Part shown: in pieces, positions 49,949 through 60,056 of the stretch
How the letters are laid out: each line of letters opens with the position of its first letter
How positions within the stretch are numbered: the first letter of the stretch is position 1
NCBI GenBank assembly: GCA_018304465.1
Contig: JAGVWC010000008.1
Coordinates: 1 to 64,000 of the forward strand
Origin: Candidatus Iainarchaeum sp.
GTDB lineage: Archaea > Iainarchaeota > Iainarchaeia > Iainarchaeales > JAGVWC01
Direction: 5' to 3'
DNA: 64,000 nt
Position numbers and translations under genes: made by a program
Notes under the pieces: model-generated
The model's input: the letters and a program-made list of their open reading frames with translations, nothing else
What the model was told of the DNA's origin: nothing
Databases searched by the model: none

Positions 49949-50932
49949 ATGCCAAAGCCACGAAAAAATCGTTCCATCCCACGCTTAAGCTCGGCGGAGC
50001 ATGCCGAACGAAACAAACAGGTTCTGAACATCCATGAAAACGTTCGAGCGATCGCCGCAATTTTTGTCACCAAACATGGAGGCCTTAAAGCGATCGAACA
50101 ACAGTATGGACTGACGTTTGACGACTTGATTCAGATCGGCAACCTAGGCGCAATGGAAGCGGCATCCACCTGGGACCCCGGCAAGGGAAGTTCCTTTCTG
50201 ACTTTCGCCAGCCGCCGTATAGAAGGTGCAATTCAGGATCATATTCGCAAATATGGAACCCTCGTTCACGTCTCGCGGACTTTCCATCGCCAGCTAAACA
50301 GCGGTAAACTCCAAAAACTCGAACAGGAAATCGCAGAAACAACTCCCGGAACTTCCGTGCACAAAAGACTCGTCCGTGAACGGGCCGGACTTCTAGGGCA
50401 ACGCCAAACCCAGACCGTCAAGTCGATTTCTTTTCAAAACGAACAAGCCCCAAGACCCGTCGATCGCAATGAACTCCGAAGCCTCAAACAGTACTTTTTG
50501 CGCCGCCTCAAACAGTTTCCCCGACACGAACAACTCTGTTTTATTCTCAGTTACCTGCATCCCACGCCCTCCGAAATACAGAGGTTCGTCCATGAAAAAC
50601 CCTTATTCCTATCCGCCAGGAACGCCTTCACCAGTCGACCCACCGACCGGGTATTCAATCTCGACCTGAACCTACTATCACCCACGATGCCCCCTAAAAC
50701 CATTGGCAGAATACTGGGTCTGTCCGAAATTAGAGTCTACCAGATCCGAATAAAAATTGGAAGCGCAATTTTCGCCGATCCGCGTACACTCAAGGCATTC
50801 GGATTAGAAGACACAGAGGGAAAATACCCCGCTATCGCCCAGGTACTCGCACACAAAAAAAAATTTACCGACTCCGATTACAATCGAATCGGAAAAATGC
50901 TGGAAGAACTGTTCCAGCCGCTTGAAAACTAG
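49949..50932 (+). CDS. bacterial-type sigma-70 family factor (sigma-28/FliA-like, regions 2, 3 and 4)
   Basis: FDDLIQIGNLGAMEAASTWDPGKGSSFLTFASRRIEGAIQDHIRKYGTLVHVSRTFHRQLNSGKLQKLEQEIAETTPG aligns position by position with the E. coli FliA region 2-3 sequence (LDDLLQAGGIGLLNAVERYD...FTTYAVQRIRGAMLDELR...VPRSVRRN...LEQELGR). Region 4-like segment: FPRHEQLCFILSYL...TIGRILGLSEIRVYQIRIKIGSAI. Confidence 0.7.
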   Translation: MPKPRKNRSIPRLSSAEHAERNKQVLNIHENVRAIAAIFVTKHGGLKAIEQQYGLTFDDLIQIGNLGAMEAASTWDPGKGSSFLTFASRRIEGAIQDHIRKYGTLVHVSRTFHRQLNSGKLQKLEQEIAETTPGTSVHKRLVRERAGLLGQRQTQTVKSISFQNEQAPRPVDRNELRSLKQYFLRRLKQFPRHEQLCFILSYLHPTPSEIQRFVHEKPLFLSARNAFTSRPTDRVFNLDLNLLSPTMPPKTIGRILGLSEIRVYQIRIKIGSAIFADPRTLKAFGLEDTEGKYPAIAQVLAHKKKFTDSDYNRIGKMLEELFQPLEN

Positions 50933-51500
50933 GAGAACCAACATAGCCCTTGAAAAATCCGCGTACTTAAAATTCAAACACGGAGACCGCATCCCCGATT
51001 TCCAGCTCATCGGAACCGACGACCGCATCCACTATTCGAAAGGGTTTTCCGGCAAAGCGATTCTGATCGTGTTCATGTGCAACCACTGTCCGTACGTCAA
51101 ACCCAAAGTGCCATTCCTGGTGGAACTACAAGAAAAATACCAAGCCGCCGGACTCCAAATCGTTGCAATCAACACCAACAACAACCCCGATTACCCCGAA
51201 GACTCGTTTCCAAAAATGAAGGCGTACTCCAAAAAATGGAACCTCAATTTTTTGTACTTGCTGGACGAAGACCAGCAAATCGCCAAAACTTTCGACGCGC
51301 GCTGCACCCCCGACTCGTATTTATTCAACTCTGAAAAAAAACTCGTGTATCACGGACGCATCGACGACCAACACGGAGAGCCTCACTCTGAACAAGACAC
51401 CAACGAACTCGAAGACGCCATCCGAGAAGTCCTCGAAACCGGCGGTTGCACGGCGGACGAAAACCCGTCGCAAGGCTGCAGCATCAAATGGAACAAATGA
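50922..51500 (+). CDS. thioredoxin-fold protein (redoxin/TlpA-like, CxxC)
   Basis: GKAILIVFMCNHCPYVKP and IVAINTNN form the thioredoxin-fold beta-alpha-beta pattern. Confidence 0.6.
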   Translation: MKTRRTNIALEKSAYLKFKHGDRIPDFQLIGTDDRIHYSKGFSGKAILIVFMCNHCPYVKPKVPFLVELQEKYQAAGLQIVAINTNNNPDYPEDSFPKMKAYSKKWNLNFLYLLDEDQQIAKTFDARCTPDSYLFNSEKKLVYHGRIDDQHGEPHSEQDTNELEDAIREVLETGGCTADENPSQGCSIKWNK

Positions 51501-51780
51501 AACCTATTCCATTTTCGAAAACAAGTATTCCGCCTGCTTGCCAACTTTCATCGATTTCAATTCCTGGACCAGCATCAAACCCACGGATTTCGCGCGCAAG
51601 AACTCCTGGACTTCCCACGCTTTTTCCGAACAAATCCACACCGAGTGAACCTTCTTAAACAACACCTTGTCCGACCAGTACGAATCCGCAACCGAAAACT
51701 TTTCCGAAAAAAACGCTTTCACTTGGGTTTCTTCATCGACCGACAAACGCGAAACGAAATTTCGTCCGCTTTCTTTTCCG

Positions 51781-52719
51781 TCAGAATTTTCGAATTTTCG
51801 CAATGAAAAACGCCTCCGAATCGTTGTCCTGGGGCAACACCCGCACGGTTTTGTCCAAAGACGAATGAAAACGCCGGTTCTTATACGAAACCAAACCCGG
51901 CCGAAACTTAAAACCCGGAAAAAAAATCTTTTCAATCTGCGCGTTGCCATTTTTTCGCAACAAAAAATCCACGACTTCCTCGTTTTCTTCCGGAGACAAC
52001 GTGCACGTCGAATACACCAGCACGCCACCGGGCTTTAAAACCGAAAACGCGCGTTCAATCAATTGTTTCTGAACATGCGATTTCTTCAAAACCAGATTCG
52101 GATGCCAACCTTTCAAAGCGTCCGGCCGTTTTCGAACAAACCCTTCGGTTGAACACGGCGCATCCAGCAAAACCTTGTCAAACCCCACTTGCGAATAAAA
52201 CCGCCGCGAATCCCGATGCACCACCAACGTATTCAAGATGCCCATGCGATTCATGTTAAACCACAAGGCCTTCAAACGTTCCACCGCCACGTCCACGGCC
52301 ACGATCGCGCCTTTGTTTCGCATCAATTCCGCCATCTGGCAGGTTTTCATTCCCGGAGCCGCCGCCAAATCGAGAACCACTTCTTCCGGCTTCGGGTCCA
52401 GCACAATGGGAGGAATCATCGACGAAACCTCTTGCACCACGAAAAAACCCTTCTGATGCTCCGGCAACTGGCCCAATTGCACGTTTTCGGTTTTCACCAT
52501 GAACACGCCCGGAAGATACAAATTGGGTTCCAATTCGATTCCCTGAACTTCCAGACGCTTTTGCAAATCGCCCGGCGAAATCTTCAGGGAATTCGCGCGC
52601 ACGGAACGCGGAAGCTTGGTTTTGCACGCGGCCAAAAACGCGGGAAACTCTTCCCCAAGCAAGTCGGAATACTTTTCCTCAAACCGCTTTGGAATAAAAG
52701 TCTTGACTTCCTTGGACAT
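51781..52719 (-). CDS. NOL1/NOP2/Sun-family RNA cytosine-C5 methyltransferase
   Basis: DLAAAPGMKT (SAM motif I), DAPCSTEG (motif IV Pro-Cys) and STCTLSPEENE (motif VI Cys). Confidence 0.85.
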   Translation of the reverse strand: MSKEVKTFIPKRFEEKYSDLLGEEFPAFLAACKTKLPRSVRANSLKISPGDLQKRLEVQGIELEPNLYLPGVFMVKTENVQLGQLPEHQKGFFVVQEVSSMIPPIVLDPKPEEVVLDLAAAPGMKTCQMAELMRNKGAIVAVDVAVERLKALWFNMNRMGILNTLVVHRDSRRFYSQVGFDKVLLDAPCSTEGFVRKRPDALKGWHPNLVLKKSHVQKQLIERAFSVLKPGGVLVYSTCTLSPEENEEVVDFLLRKNGNAQIEKIFFPGFKFRPGLVSYKNRRFHSSLDKTVRVLPQDNDSEAFFIAKIRKF

Positions 52720-52800
52720 ACAAAACCCATTGACAAATCCGTTTTTCTTGCTATGGATTTAAATTAAACCTCGAACAAGAGTAGACTATAAGGCCACGAT

Positions 52801-53568
52801 ATGAAACCACCCGACCCATTTTCTGATTTCACATTGATGGAAATCAGCTACTTACCGCCGCAATCCATCGAAACCGCGAAAAGACTTTTTGAGCGTCACG
52901 GTTGGAACGGTCTAACAGCCATCGGAAATATCATACAAGAAAAAATCGACTTCGCAAAAACACAAATCGACCAGCACACTCGCCCCGGAGACCAGCTCTT
53001 GATTGAAGCGGCGGAAGGAATGTCATTTGAGGCATTCATAAAAACGCAAGGAATCGAATCGCTTGAAAAAATGGAACCGTTTTCACGCCGATTTCTGGAG
53101 CAAAATTGGAGCCGTTGGACTGAAAAAAACATGAATATGTACCGCGAAATCGCAGAATATGCCACCCAACGCGGACGCATTGTAAAAAGCTTCGAATACG
53201 GCGTGACACGCACAGGGAGTCGCATGCACAATGCAGCCCATCAAGTATACCAAATGGCCCCCGAAAAAAAGCAGCGAATCGAAAACATTCTGAATTATCG
53301 GCGACACATCGGAATGCAACGCCAAATCGAACGTCGAAAACCCGCGATGGTCATTTGTGCCGCCGGCCATGCCGTGGCCATTGAACACGATATTCACCCT
53401 CGACGCGTGATATATGAGGACCCCAAAATGAAAGAAAAATGGGGCACCAAAAAATCGATCGCTGAGATAAAAAACCTGATTCAAGCATACTTATTTGAAA
53501 AACAAGCCCGAAGGCGAAAAATAAACCAAGCAAGAACCAGACCACCACCAAAGAAAAAACCCAAATGA
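52801..53568 (+). CDS. hypothetical protein
   Basis: 255 aa, no motif recognised, basic C-terminal tail. Confidence 0.35.
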   Translation: MKPPDPFSDFTLMEISYLPPQSIETAKRLFERHGWNGLTAIGNIIQEKIDFAKTQIDQHTRPGDQLLIEAAEGMSFEAFIKTQGIESLEKMEPFSRRFLEQNWSRWTEKNMNMYREIAEYATQRGRIVKSFEYGVTRTGSRMHNAAHQVYQMAPEKKQRIENILNYRRHIGMQRQIERRKPAMVICAAGHAVAIEHDIHPRRVIYEDPKMKEKWGTKKSIAEIKNLIQAYLFEKQARRRKINQARTRPPPKKKPK

Positions 53569-53572
53569 AAAA

Positions 53573-54823
53573 TCAAACCCAATCCGTGATCTTTTTCTGG
53601 AACTTTAAGTTCGGCAACAGTTTCGAGGCCATCAAGTATTTGTCCAGCGGAACCGTCATTCGAAAACCCACGTACTCCAACGCGAGTTTCAAATCCGAAA
53701 ACGATAACGGTTTTTTTTCCAACGCTTTTCGAACGGTTTCGCGGATCACCCACACCCCCAACGGAACCGTGTACTCGTGCGAAATCTCGCGAAACACAAT
53801 CGCGGTGGCCAAACGCTTTTTTTTGACCAAATGCTCGGCGATCGCCAAACGCGCGGAATAATACGCTCCGGTGACATTATCCGCGTACTTGGTACGACCG
53901 TTATAGCCTTCGAAATCCGAAATCACGTTCACTTCGGACCGATCCGCAAACAACGCCCAGCTTGCCCCGGGAAGCCAGCACTCGAGCATTTCAAATGACC
54001 ACGTTCCAGGACACAACAACACGAAAAAATGATTCCCCAAATACGATTCGCGGTACAATTCAAACTCGCCCACTTGCGGGAACGATTTTACGAATTCTTC
54101 CACGAGATACTTCGAAACATTATCATCAATCGCGGTAATCGACCAGCGCGTGGGAACCAGTTTCCGGTTTTTTCCAACCCCCAGCGTTCCCGCGGACAAA
54201 ATCTTGTACAAATAATGCACCGGCAAACCATCCTCGTACAGTTCCCGGACCGCGGTATTCGACTTGACCGCGGTGTCGCTTGACAAGTAATCCGCTTTTG
54301 ACGGAATTTTGGGATTTTCATGCAATTTCATCCGGTCCAATTCCGCGGAAGGACCCGTCGGCGCGGTGGACTCGTGAAACGACAAAAACTGCCGCGGCGC
54401 GCTTTTAAGCGAAAACTCGGCTTCCACCGGTTTTAACGACAACGCCAGTTCCTGAATCAAAGACAAATCCCGCGACGGATTCGCGGCATCCGCAACCCGC
54501 GCCCGACGCCGCGACGAAATCAATTGAGAACGCATCGCGACGATTTCATTTGACGGCAACCCGAACCACTCTTCAGGATTATCCAAAAACGCGTTTTTTT
54601 CGGAGATCACCGGCGGCGCCACCGGAGCGATCGAAACATTCGGATACCCCGTCCAGGAAACAAAAACCCCCGGCGGCGAAGAACCCTCGAATTTGTTGTT
54701 CTTGATTTGAACCAGCGACTTTTGCCGAACCTCGAATTTTTCGATAATCGGACAACTCGACAACTGGCACCACAAACGGCCCTTGCACTTGACGCATAAC
54801 GACGCGGGAATCATTGGAACCAA
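53573..54823 (-). CDS. Nre-family protein (archaeal DNA repair-associated NreA-like, DUF650/DUF651)
   Basis: N-terminal CxxCKGxxWCxxxxCP zinc-ribbon-like motif, about 416 aa, archaeal-specific architecture. Family call is from memory. Confidence 0.45.
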   Translation of the reverse strand: MVPMIPASLCVKCKGRLWCQLSSCPIIEKFEVRQKSLVQIKNNKFEGSSPPGVFVSWTGYPNVSIAPVAPPVISEKNAFLDNPEEWFGLPSNEIVAMRSQLISSRRRARVADAANPSRDLSLIQELALSLKPVEAEFSLKSAPRQFLSFHESTAPTGPSAELDRMKLHENPKIPSKADYLSSDTAVKSNTAVRELYEDGLPVHYLYKILSAGTLGVGKNRKLVPTRWSITAIDDNVSKYLVEEFVKSFPQVGEFELYRESYLGNHFFVLLCPGTWSFEMLECWLPGASWALFADRSEVNVISDFEGYNGRTKYADNVTGAYYSARLAIAEHLVKKKRLATAIVFREISHEYTVPLGVWVIRETVRKALEKKPLSFSDLKLALEYVGFRMTVPLDKYLMASKLLPNLKFQKKITDWV

Positions 54824-54914
54824 ACAAACTATCCGACAAAACCCATAAATTTCCTCCGAGCGCCTTGCCGGTAATTCTCAAGTTTTTTAACGTTAATCCT
54901 GCCCAATATAGCAC

Positions 54915-56831
54915 ATGGGTTCAAATCAAATCACCTTGTCTTTTCCGGACGAAAGCAAGCAAAATTACGCCACGGGGATTACCGGTGCGGAAATCGCCCA
55001 AAAAATCGGGCCGCGCCTGACCAAAGACGCCCTCGCGATCCAGGTAGACAACGCCACGTTTGAACTCGAACGTCCCATTCTTCAAAACGGAAAAATTCGG
55101 ATTCTTACCTGGAAAGACCTTGAAGGCAAAAAAGCGTTGTGGCACACGGGAAGCCACGTATTGGCCGAAGCCGTCAGCGCGGTGATTCCGAACGCGCGCC
55201 CGACCTTGGGCCCCCCGATCGAAGAAGGATTCTATTACGATTTTGACGTCGACAAACCGTTTTCCGAAGAAGATTTGCAAAAAATCGAAAAAAAAGCCAA
55301 CGAACTGCTTGCCAAAAAAGAAGACTTGATCCGAAAAGAAGTCACCAAAGAAGAAGCCCTCAAGTTATTCAAAGACAACCCGTTCAAAAAAGAACTGATC
55401 GAAGAACACACGAAAGCCGGCGAAAAAATCTCGTTGTATTACCAGGGAAAATTCGTTGACCTTTGCCGCGGCGGACACGTCAACAACACCGGAAAAATCG
55501 CGGTCATCAAAATCATCAAAAGCGGCGGCGCCTACTGGCGCGGAAGCGAAAAAAACAAAATGCTCCAGCGCATCTACGCGATCGCGTTTCCGGAAAAAAA
55601 AATGCTGGACGAATGGATCAAACAACGCGAAGAAGCCGAAAAACGAAACCACTTAAAACTCGGAAAAGAACTCGACTTGTACTCGTTCCAAAAAGAAGCT
55701 CCGGGCACCGCGTTTTATCACCAAAACGCCACGCAAATCTGGATCGCGTTGACCGATTTTCTTCGCGCGGAACAACGCCAACGCGGCTACATCGAAGTCA
55801 TCACCCCGCTGATCATGAAAGACTCGCTTTGGAAACAATCAGGACATTGGGACCACTACAAAGAAAACATGTACTTTGTCAAAATCGACGACGAAGACTA
55901 CGCCATCAAACCCATGAACTGCCCCGGCCACATTCTGATTTACAAGAACTCGCGAAAATCCTACCGCGACCTGCCGATCAAAATGAGCGAATTTGGAATC
56001 GTTCACCGCCACGAAAAAAGCGGCGTATTAAACGGATTATTCCGTGTTCGAAAATTCACGCAAGACGACGCGCACTTGTTCTGCACGCCGGAACAAATCA
56101 AGCCGCTGATCAAAGAAACCATCCAACTCATCGACCATATTTACAAAACCTGCGGTTTTACCGAATACCACATGGAGCTCTCCACGCGACCCGAAAAAGC
56201 CATGGGATCCCCGGAACAATGGACCCAAGCCGAAACCGCGCTCAAAGAAGCACTTGAAGAAACCAACTCCAGCTACAAACTAAACCCCGGTGACGGCGCG
56301 TTCTACGGACCCAAAATCGATTTTCACATCAAAGACTCGCTGGGACGCACGTGGCAATGCGGAACCATCCAACTGGATTTCCAAATGCCCCAAAAATTCG
56401 AAACCGAATTCATCGGAAACGACGACAAACCCCACACCCCGATCATGATTCACCGCGCGCTATACGGAAGCCTCGACCGATTCTTAGGAATCCTCACCGA
56501 ACACTACGGCGGCGCGTACCCGCTGTGGCTTGCGCCAGTTCAAGCCATCGTGCTTCCGATCTCCGAAAAAACCCTTGACTATGCCGAACACGTCAAGGCA
56601 GAACTCCTTGAAAACGGAATCCGAACCCAGATCAATTCCGACAACCAGACGATTTCCTACAAAATTCGAGACGCGCAACTACGCAAAATCCCGCTGATCC
56701 TCGTGGCCGGAGAAAAAGAAGCGCAAAACAAAACCATTAACGTCCGAAAACGCGACGGAACCGTTCAAGGCGAACAAAAAATCCAAGAGTTTATTTCCAA
56801 CACAGTGGATCGCATCCAGCAAAAACAATAA
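54915..56831 (+). CDS. thrS: threonine--tRNA ligase (bacterial-type, with TGS and N2 editing domain)
   Basis: Editing-domain motifs HTGSHVLAEAV and DLCRGGHV. Class II core motifs and a C-terminal anticodon-binding domain. 638 aa. Confidence 0.9.
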   Translation: MGSNQITLSFPDESKQNYATGITGAEIAQKIGPRLTKDALAIQVDNATFELERPILQNGKIRILTWKDLEGKKALWHTGSHVLAEAVSAVIPNARPTLGPPIEEGFYYDFDVDKPFSEEDLQKIEKKANELLAKKEDLIRKEVTKEEALKLFKDNPFKKELIEEHTKAGEKISLYYQGKFVDLCRGGHVNNTGKIAVIKIIKSGGAYWRGSEKNKMLQRIYAIAFPEKKMLDEWIKQREEAEKRNHLKLGKELDLYSFQKEAPGTAFYHQNATQIWIALTDFLRAEQRQRGYIEVITPLIMKDSLWKQSGHWDHYKENMYFVKIDDEDYAIKPMNCPGHILIYKNSRKSYRDLPIKMSEFGIVHRHEKSGVLNGLFRVRKFTQDDAHLFCTPEQIKPLIKETIQLIDHIYKTCGFTEYHMELSTRPEKAMGSPEQWTQAETALKEALEETNSSYKLNPGDGAFYGPKIDFHIKDSLGRTWQCGTIQLDFQMPQKFETEFIGNDDKPHTPIMIHRALYGSLDRFLGILTEHYGGAYPLWLAPVQAIVLPISEKTLDYAEHVKAELLENGIRTQINSDNQTISYKIRDAQLRKIPLILVAGEKEAQNKTINVRKRDGTVQGEQKIQEFISNTVDRIQQKQ

Positions 56832-56875
56832 ACTGCCCCCGCAAGGCATAAATAGCTCCCCATCCCAAGTTCTAC

Positions 56876-57157
56876 ATGCGACCCAAACGACCCCTTCGGT
56901 TTGGCGAAAAATTCAACGAATCAATCCACATAGACCGCCGCACACAAAATCAACCCGTAATCCAACGGGACGAATTAAACTGGTTTAAAGAACCGCCAAC
57001 CCACAGCATGGAGCTAAAAGCCCAAGCACGAACAGTCCGCAGGGAAACCGAAAACGGAAAATCAATATTTTACCTAAAAGATTTGCGAGAACACAAACCA
57101 AAAACACTCAAACAAGCACTGCCGTTGATTCGCAAAAAGCGCGCCGAACAAAACTGA
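56876..57157 (+). CDS. hypothetical small basic protein
   Basis: 93-aa ORF in the 380-nt spacer between thrS and the pilus ATPase. No support beyond the ORF itself. Confidence 0.2.
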   Translation: MRPKRPLRFGEKFNESIHIDRRTQNQPVIQRDELNWFKEPPTHSMELKAQARTVRRETENGKSIFYLKDLREHKPKTLKQALPLIRKKRAEQN

Positions 57158-57212
57158 TGTTTTCACTGCGTAATACTTATATATTCCAAATCCCTTGTCT
57201 ATAGCGACTTAG

Positions 57213-58958
57213 ATGCCCGACTATCTCAAGGAAGCCATTGAGAAAGCCAAAAAAGCCAAGGACGCTTCCAAAACCCAACAAGCGCCTGCGACAAACATCT
57301 ACTCTAACCAGCCGAACGAAAAACAAATCGCGAAAACGATCGACATCGTTCAAAAACCCGCGCCGACACCCACTCCTTCTTCAACGACCGCAACAGACCC
57401 GGCCAAACTACTGGATTCCACCATCGAAGAACTGGACATCGAGCAATTCGAACAAGAACGCCAAATGGAACCCGACGAAAACCGCGAAGTCATTGAAAGC
57501 AACGGAAGCGTTCAAATCGTTCGCCGCAAAAACCACGACTTGCTCGAATACCGCGTTCCCGTTCCAAAACCCACCTTGGGCGAAAAAACGATTATCAACA
57601 TTATCAAAGAAGCCGCCACCCAACTCATTTCGATTTCACCGTACCGCATCCGCGATCCCCAGCAACGCCGCAACGTATACTACCAGCGCATCATGGAAAT
57701 ACTCAAAAACAGCCCCGAACTCAAAATTTCGCCCACGCGATTCCAGTTTTACGCCGAATCAGTCGTTCGCGAAATGGTCGGATACGGCGTCCTCGACCCA
57801 TTGTTATCCGACGACAACATCGAAGAAATCATGGTCATCGGACCCAAAAAACCCGTCTACGTGTTCCACCGAAAACACGACATGATGACTACCAACATCG
57901 AATTTTTTTCCGACAAAGAAATCCAAAACGTCGTCAACAAAATCGCCCGAGACGTCGGACGCCGCGTCGACTTTTCCACCCCGTTGCTTGACGCCCGCTT
58001 ACCCGACGGAAGCCGCGTCAACGCGACGATTCCGCCCGCAAGCGTTGACGCCAGTTCTTTAACGATCCGAAAATTCCGAAAAGACCCGTACACCATTCTG
58101 GACCTCATCAACCTTAACACCATGGACAGCAAAACCGCCGCGTTTTTGTGGCTGTGCGTCGAAGGACTCTCCACCAAACCCGCCAACGTGCTCATTGCCG
58201 GCGGAACCGGCAGCGGAAAAACCACGACCCTCAACGTTTTCACGTCGCTGGTGCCCGAACGCGAACGCGTCATCACGATCGAAGACACCGCCGAACTCAA
58301 TTTGCCGCTTCAACACTGGATCCGGCTCGAAGGACGACCCCCCGGAATCGAAGGCGGCGGAGAACTCGCGTTGGATATTTTAACCAAAAACAGCTTGCGC
58401 ATGCGTCCGGACCGCATCATTGTCGGAGAAGTCCGGCACGCGGAAGCCGCCACCATGTTTACCGCCATGAACACGGGACACGACGGCGTCATGGGAACCA
58501 TTCACGCGAACAGCGCCGAAGAAACCCTGGTCCGCATCCTAAGCCCCCCCATGAGCGTTCCTCAAACCATGCTAGCAGGACTTGATTTTATCGTGGTTCA
58601 AAACCGGTTACACGACCGCCGAAAAGGAACGATCCGGCGCATCACTGAAATCGCGGAAGTTCACGGCGTGCTCGAAGGAAAGCCCGTGACCCAACCCCTG
58701 TTCGAATGGAACGCGACCGAAGACAAGCTTCAATACAGCGCAAGCCAAACCGAATCCACACCGGACCGAAAAAACAAACTCAAAACCAAGGAAATCAAAT
58801 ACTTCAAAAAATTATCCGACTTGACCGGACGATCAATCGCCGACATCGAACATGAAATCGACCGCCGGGCGGATTTCCTCGAAAAACTCACCAAACAAAA
58901 CATCAGCGGCATCAAAGCCGTGCGAGACCTCACCAACCAGTTGTTATCCAATTCGTGA
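57213..58958 (+). CDS. type IV pilus/archaellum-type assembly ATPase (FlaI/TadA/EpdL-like)
   Basis: Walker A AGGTGSGKTT, Asp-box and His-box (TGHDGVMGTIHANS), and an N-terminal PAS-like region. 581 aa. Confidence 0.85.
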   Translation: MPDYLKEAIEKAKKAKDASKTQQAPATNIYSNQPNEKQIAKTIDIVQKPAPTPTPSSTTATDPAKLLDSTIEELDIEQFEQERQMEPDENREVIESNGSVQIVRRKNHDLLEYRVPVPKPTLGEKTIINIIKEAATQLISISPYRIRDPQQRRNVYYQRIMEILKNSPELKISPTRFQFYAESVVREMVGYGVLDPLLSDDNIEEIMVIGPKKPVYVFHRKHDMMTTNIEFFSDKEIQNVVNKIARDVGRRVDFSTPLLDARLPDGSRVNATIPPASVDASSLTIRKFRKDPYTILDLINLNTMDSKTAAFLWLCVEGLSTKPANVLIAGGTGSGKTTTLNVFTSLVPERERVITIEDTAELNLPLQHWIRLEGRPPGIEGGGELALDILTKNSLRMRPDRIIVGEVRHAEAATMFTAMNTGHDGVMGTIHANSAEETLVRILSPPMSVPQTMLAGLDFIVVQNRLHDRRKGTIRRITEIAEVHGVLEGKPVTQPLFEWNATEDKLQYSASQTESTPDRKNKLKTKEIKYFKKLSDLTGRSIADIEHEIDRRADFLEKLTKQNISGIKAVRDLTNQLLSNS

Positions 58959-60052
58959 AAAAAATGTCCGAAATCAAAGAATTCACAGACGTCGACCAGG
59001 ACACCGTCGACAACATCGTCCAAAAAATGCGCAAAAAAGAAGTCGCGGGCACAGTCATCGCCACCGAAGAAGACATGCAGATGCGCGGCGAAATGCTCGG
59101 AAAATCCAAACCCGCCAAAATAGAAATTGGAAACGTCGGAGACTTTCTGGATTTTAATTCCCAAATCATTCATGGCCTCATCGAATTCTACCTCAAACTT
59201 CAAGATCCGTTAAAACCCATCGCCAAATTCATCGCCCAACTCTCCGCGACCCAAACCCTCAATTACTATTTGCACAGCGCAAACCTCAAATACACCTTAA
59301 ACCAATACCTCGCCATCACCACCGCCATCACGGTACTGGCGACACTTTGGGGAATCGTCATGGGACTGCTCATCGGATTCATTCTCCGCGTTCCCTTTGT
59401 ATTCTACCCGCTGCTCGCGGTCTTTGGCGCGGTATTTGCCGGCACCATGGGACTCTTCATTACCTTGCTGGTTCCCAAAAGCATCGCCGAAACCCGCGGC
59501 GCCCAAGTCAGCATCGAAATGCCGTTTGCCTTGCGACACATGGCAACCGAACTACGCAGCGGCGCGGGACTCTACCGCACCATCCAACTCATTGCCGTCG
59601 CGGACTACGGCGTATTATCCGAAGAATTCGCGCGCACCGTCAATGAAATCGAAGAAGGAACCGACGCCAAAGACGCCCTCAAAAACATGGCCAACCGCGT
59701 TCAATCGATCGCCATGCGAAACGCCCTCAATCACATCGTTCGCGCCATGAAAACCGGCGGAAACCTCTCCGAAGTCATGAGCGACATCGCCGACGACGTG
59801 TCCGTGGAAATCCGAAACCGCATCAGCGAATTCTCGGAAAAAATGAATTTTTTCGGAGTCCTCTTCATCTTCGCCGGAATCATTATACCCGTCATGATCG
59901 CCATTCTGGGCGGAATATCCAACGCACCGCTTCCCATGGCATTCCCCATCCCGCTGTCCATTCCGCTTCTCATCATCTTTTACTTAGTCGTCATGCCCGT
60001 GATACTCGGAATATTGATCCTGTACTTACGCGCCATCCAACCCAAAGCGTGA
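58955..60052 (+). CDS. pilus platform protein, single T2SS-F domain (TadB/FlaJ/EpdJ-like)
   Basis: 365 aa with a cytoplasmic helical domain plus 3-4 TM helices. GTG start overlapping the ATPase stop. Confidence 0.65.
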   Translation: MKKMSEIKEFTDVDQDTVDNIVQKMRKKEVAGTVIATEEDMQMRGEMLGKSKPAKIEIGNVGDFLDFNSQIIHGLIEFYLKLQDPLKPIAKFIAQLSATQTLNYYLHSANLKYTLNQYLAITTAITVLATLWGIVMGLLIGFILRVPFVFYPLLAVFGAVFAGTMGLFITLLVPKSIAETRGAQVSIEMPFALRHMATELRSGAGLYRTIQLIAVADYGVLSEEFARTVNEIEEGTDAKDALKNMANRVQSIAMRNALNHIVRAMKTGGNLSEVMSDIADDVSVEIRNRISEFSEKMNFFGVLFIFAGIIIPVMIAILGGISNAPLPMAFPIPLSIPLLIIFYLVVMPVILGILILYLRAIQPKA

Positions 60053-60056
60053 AAAC

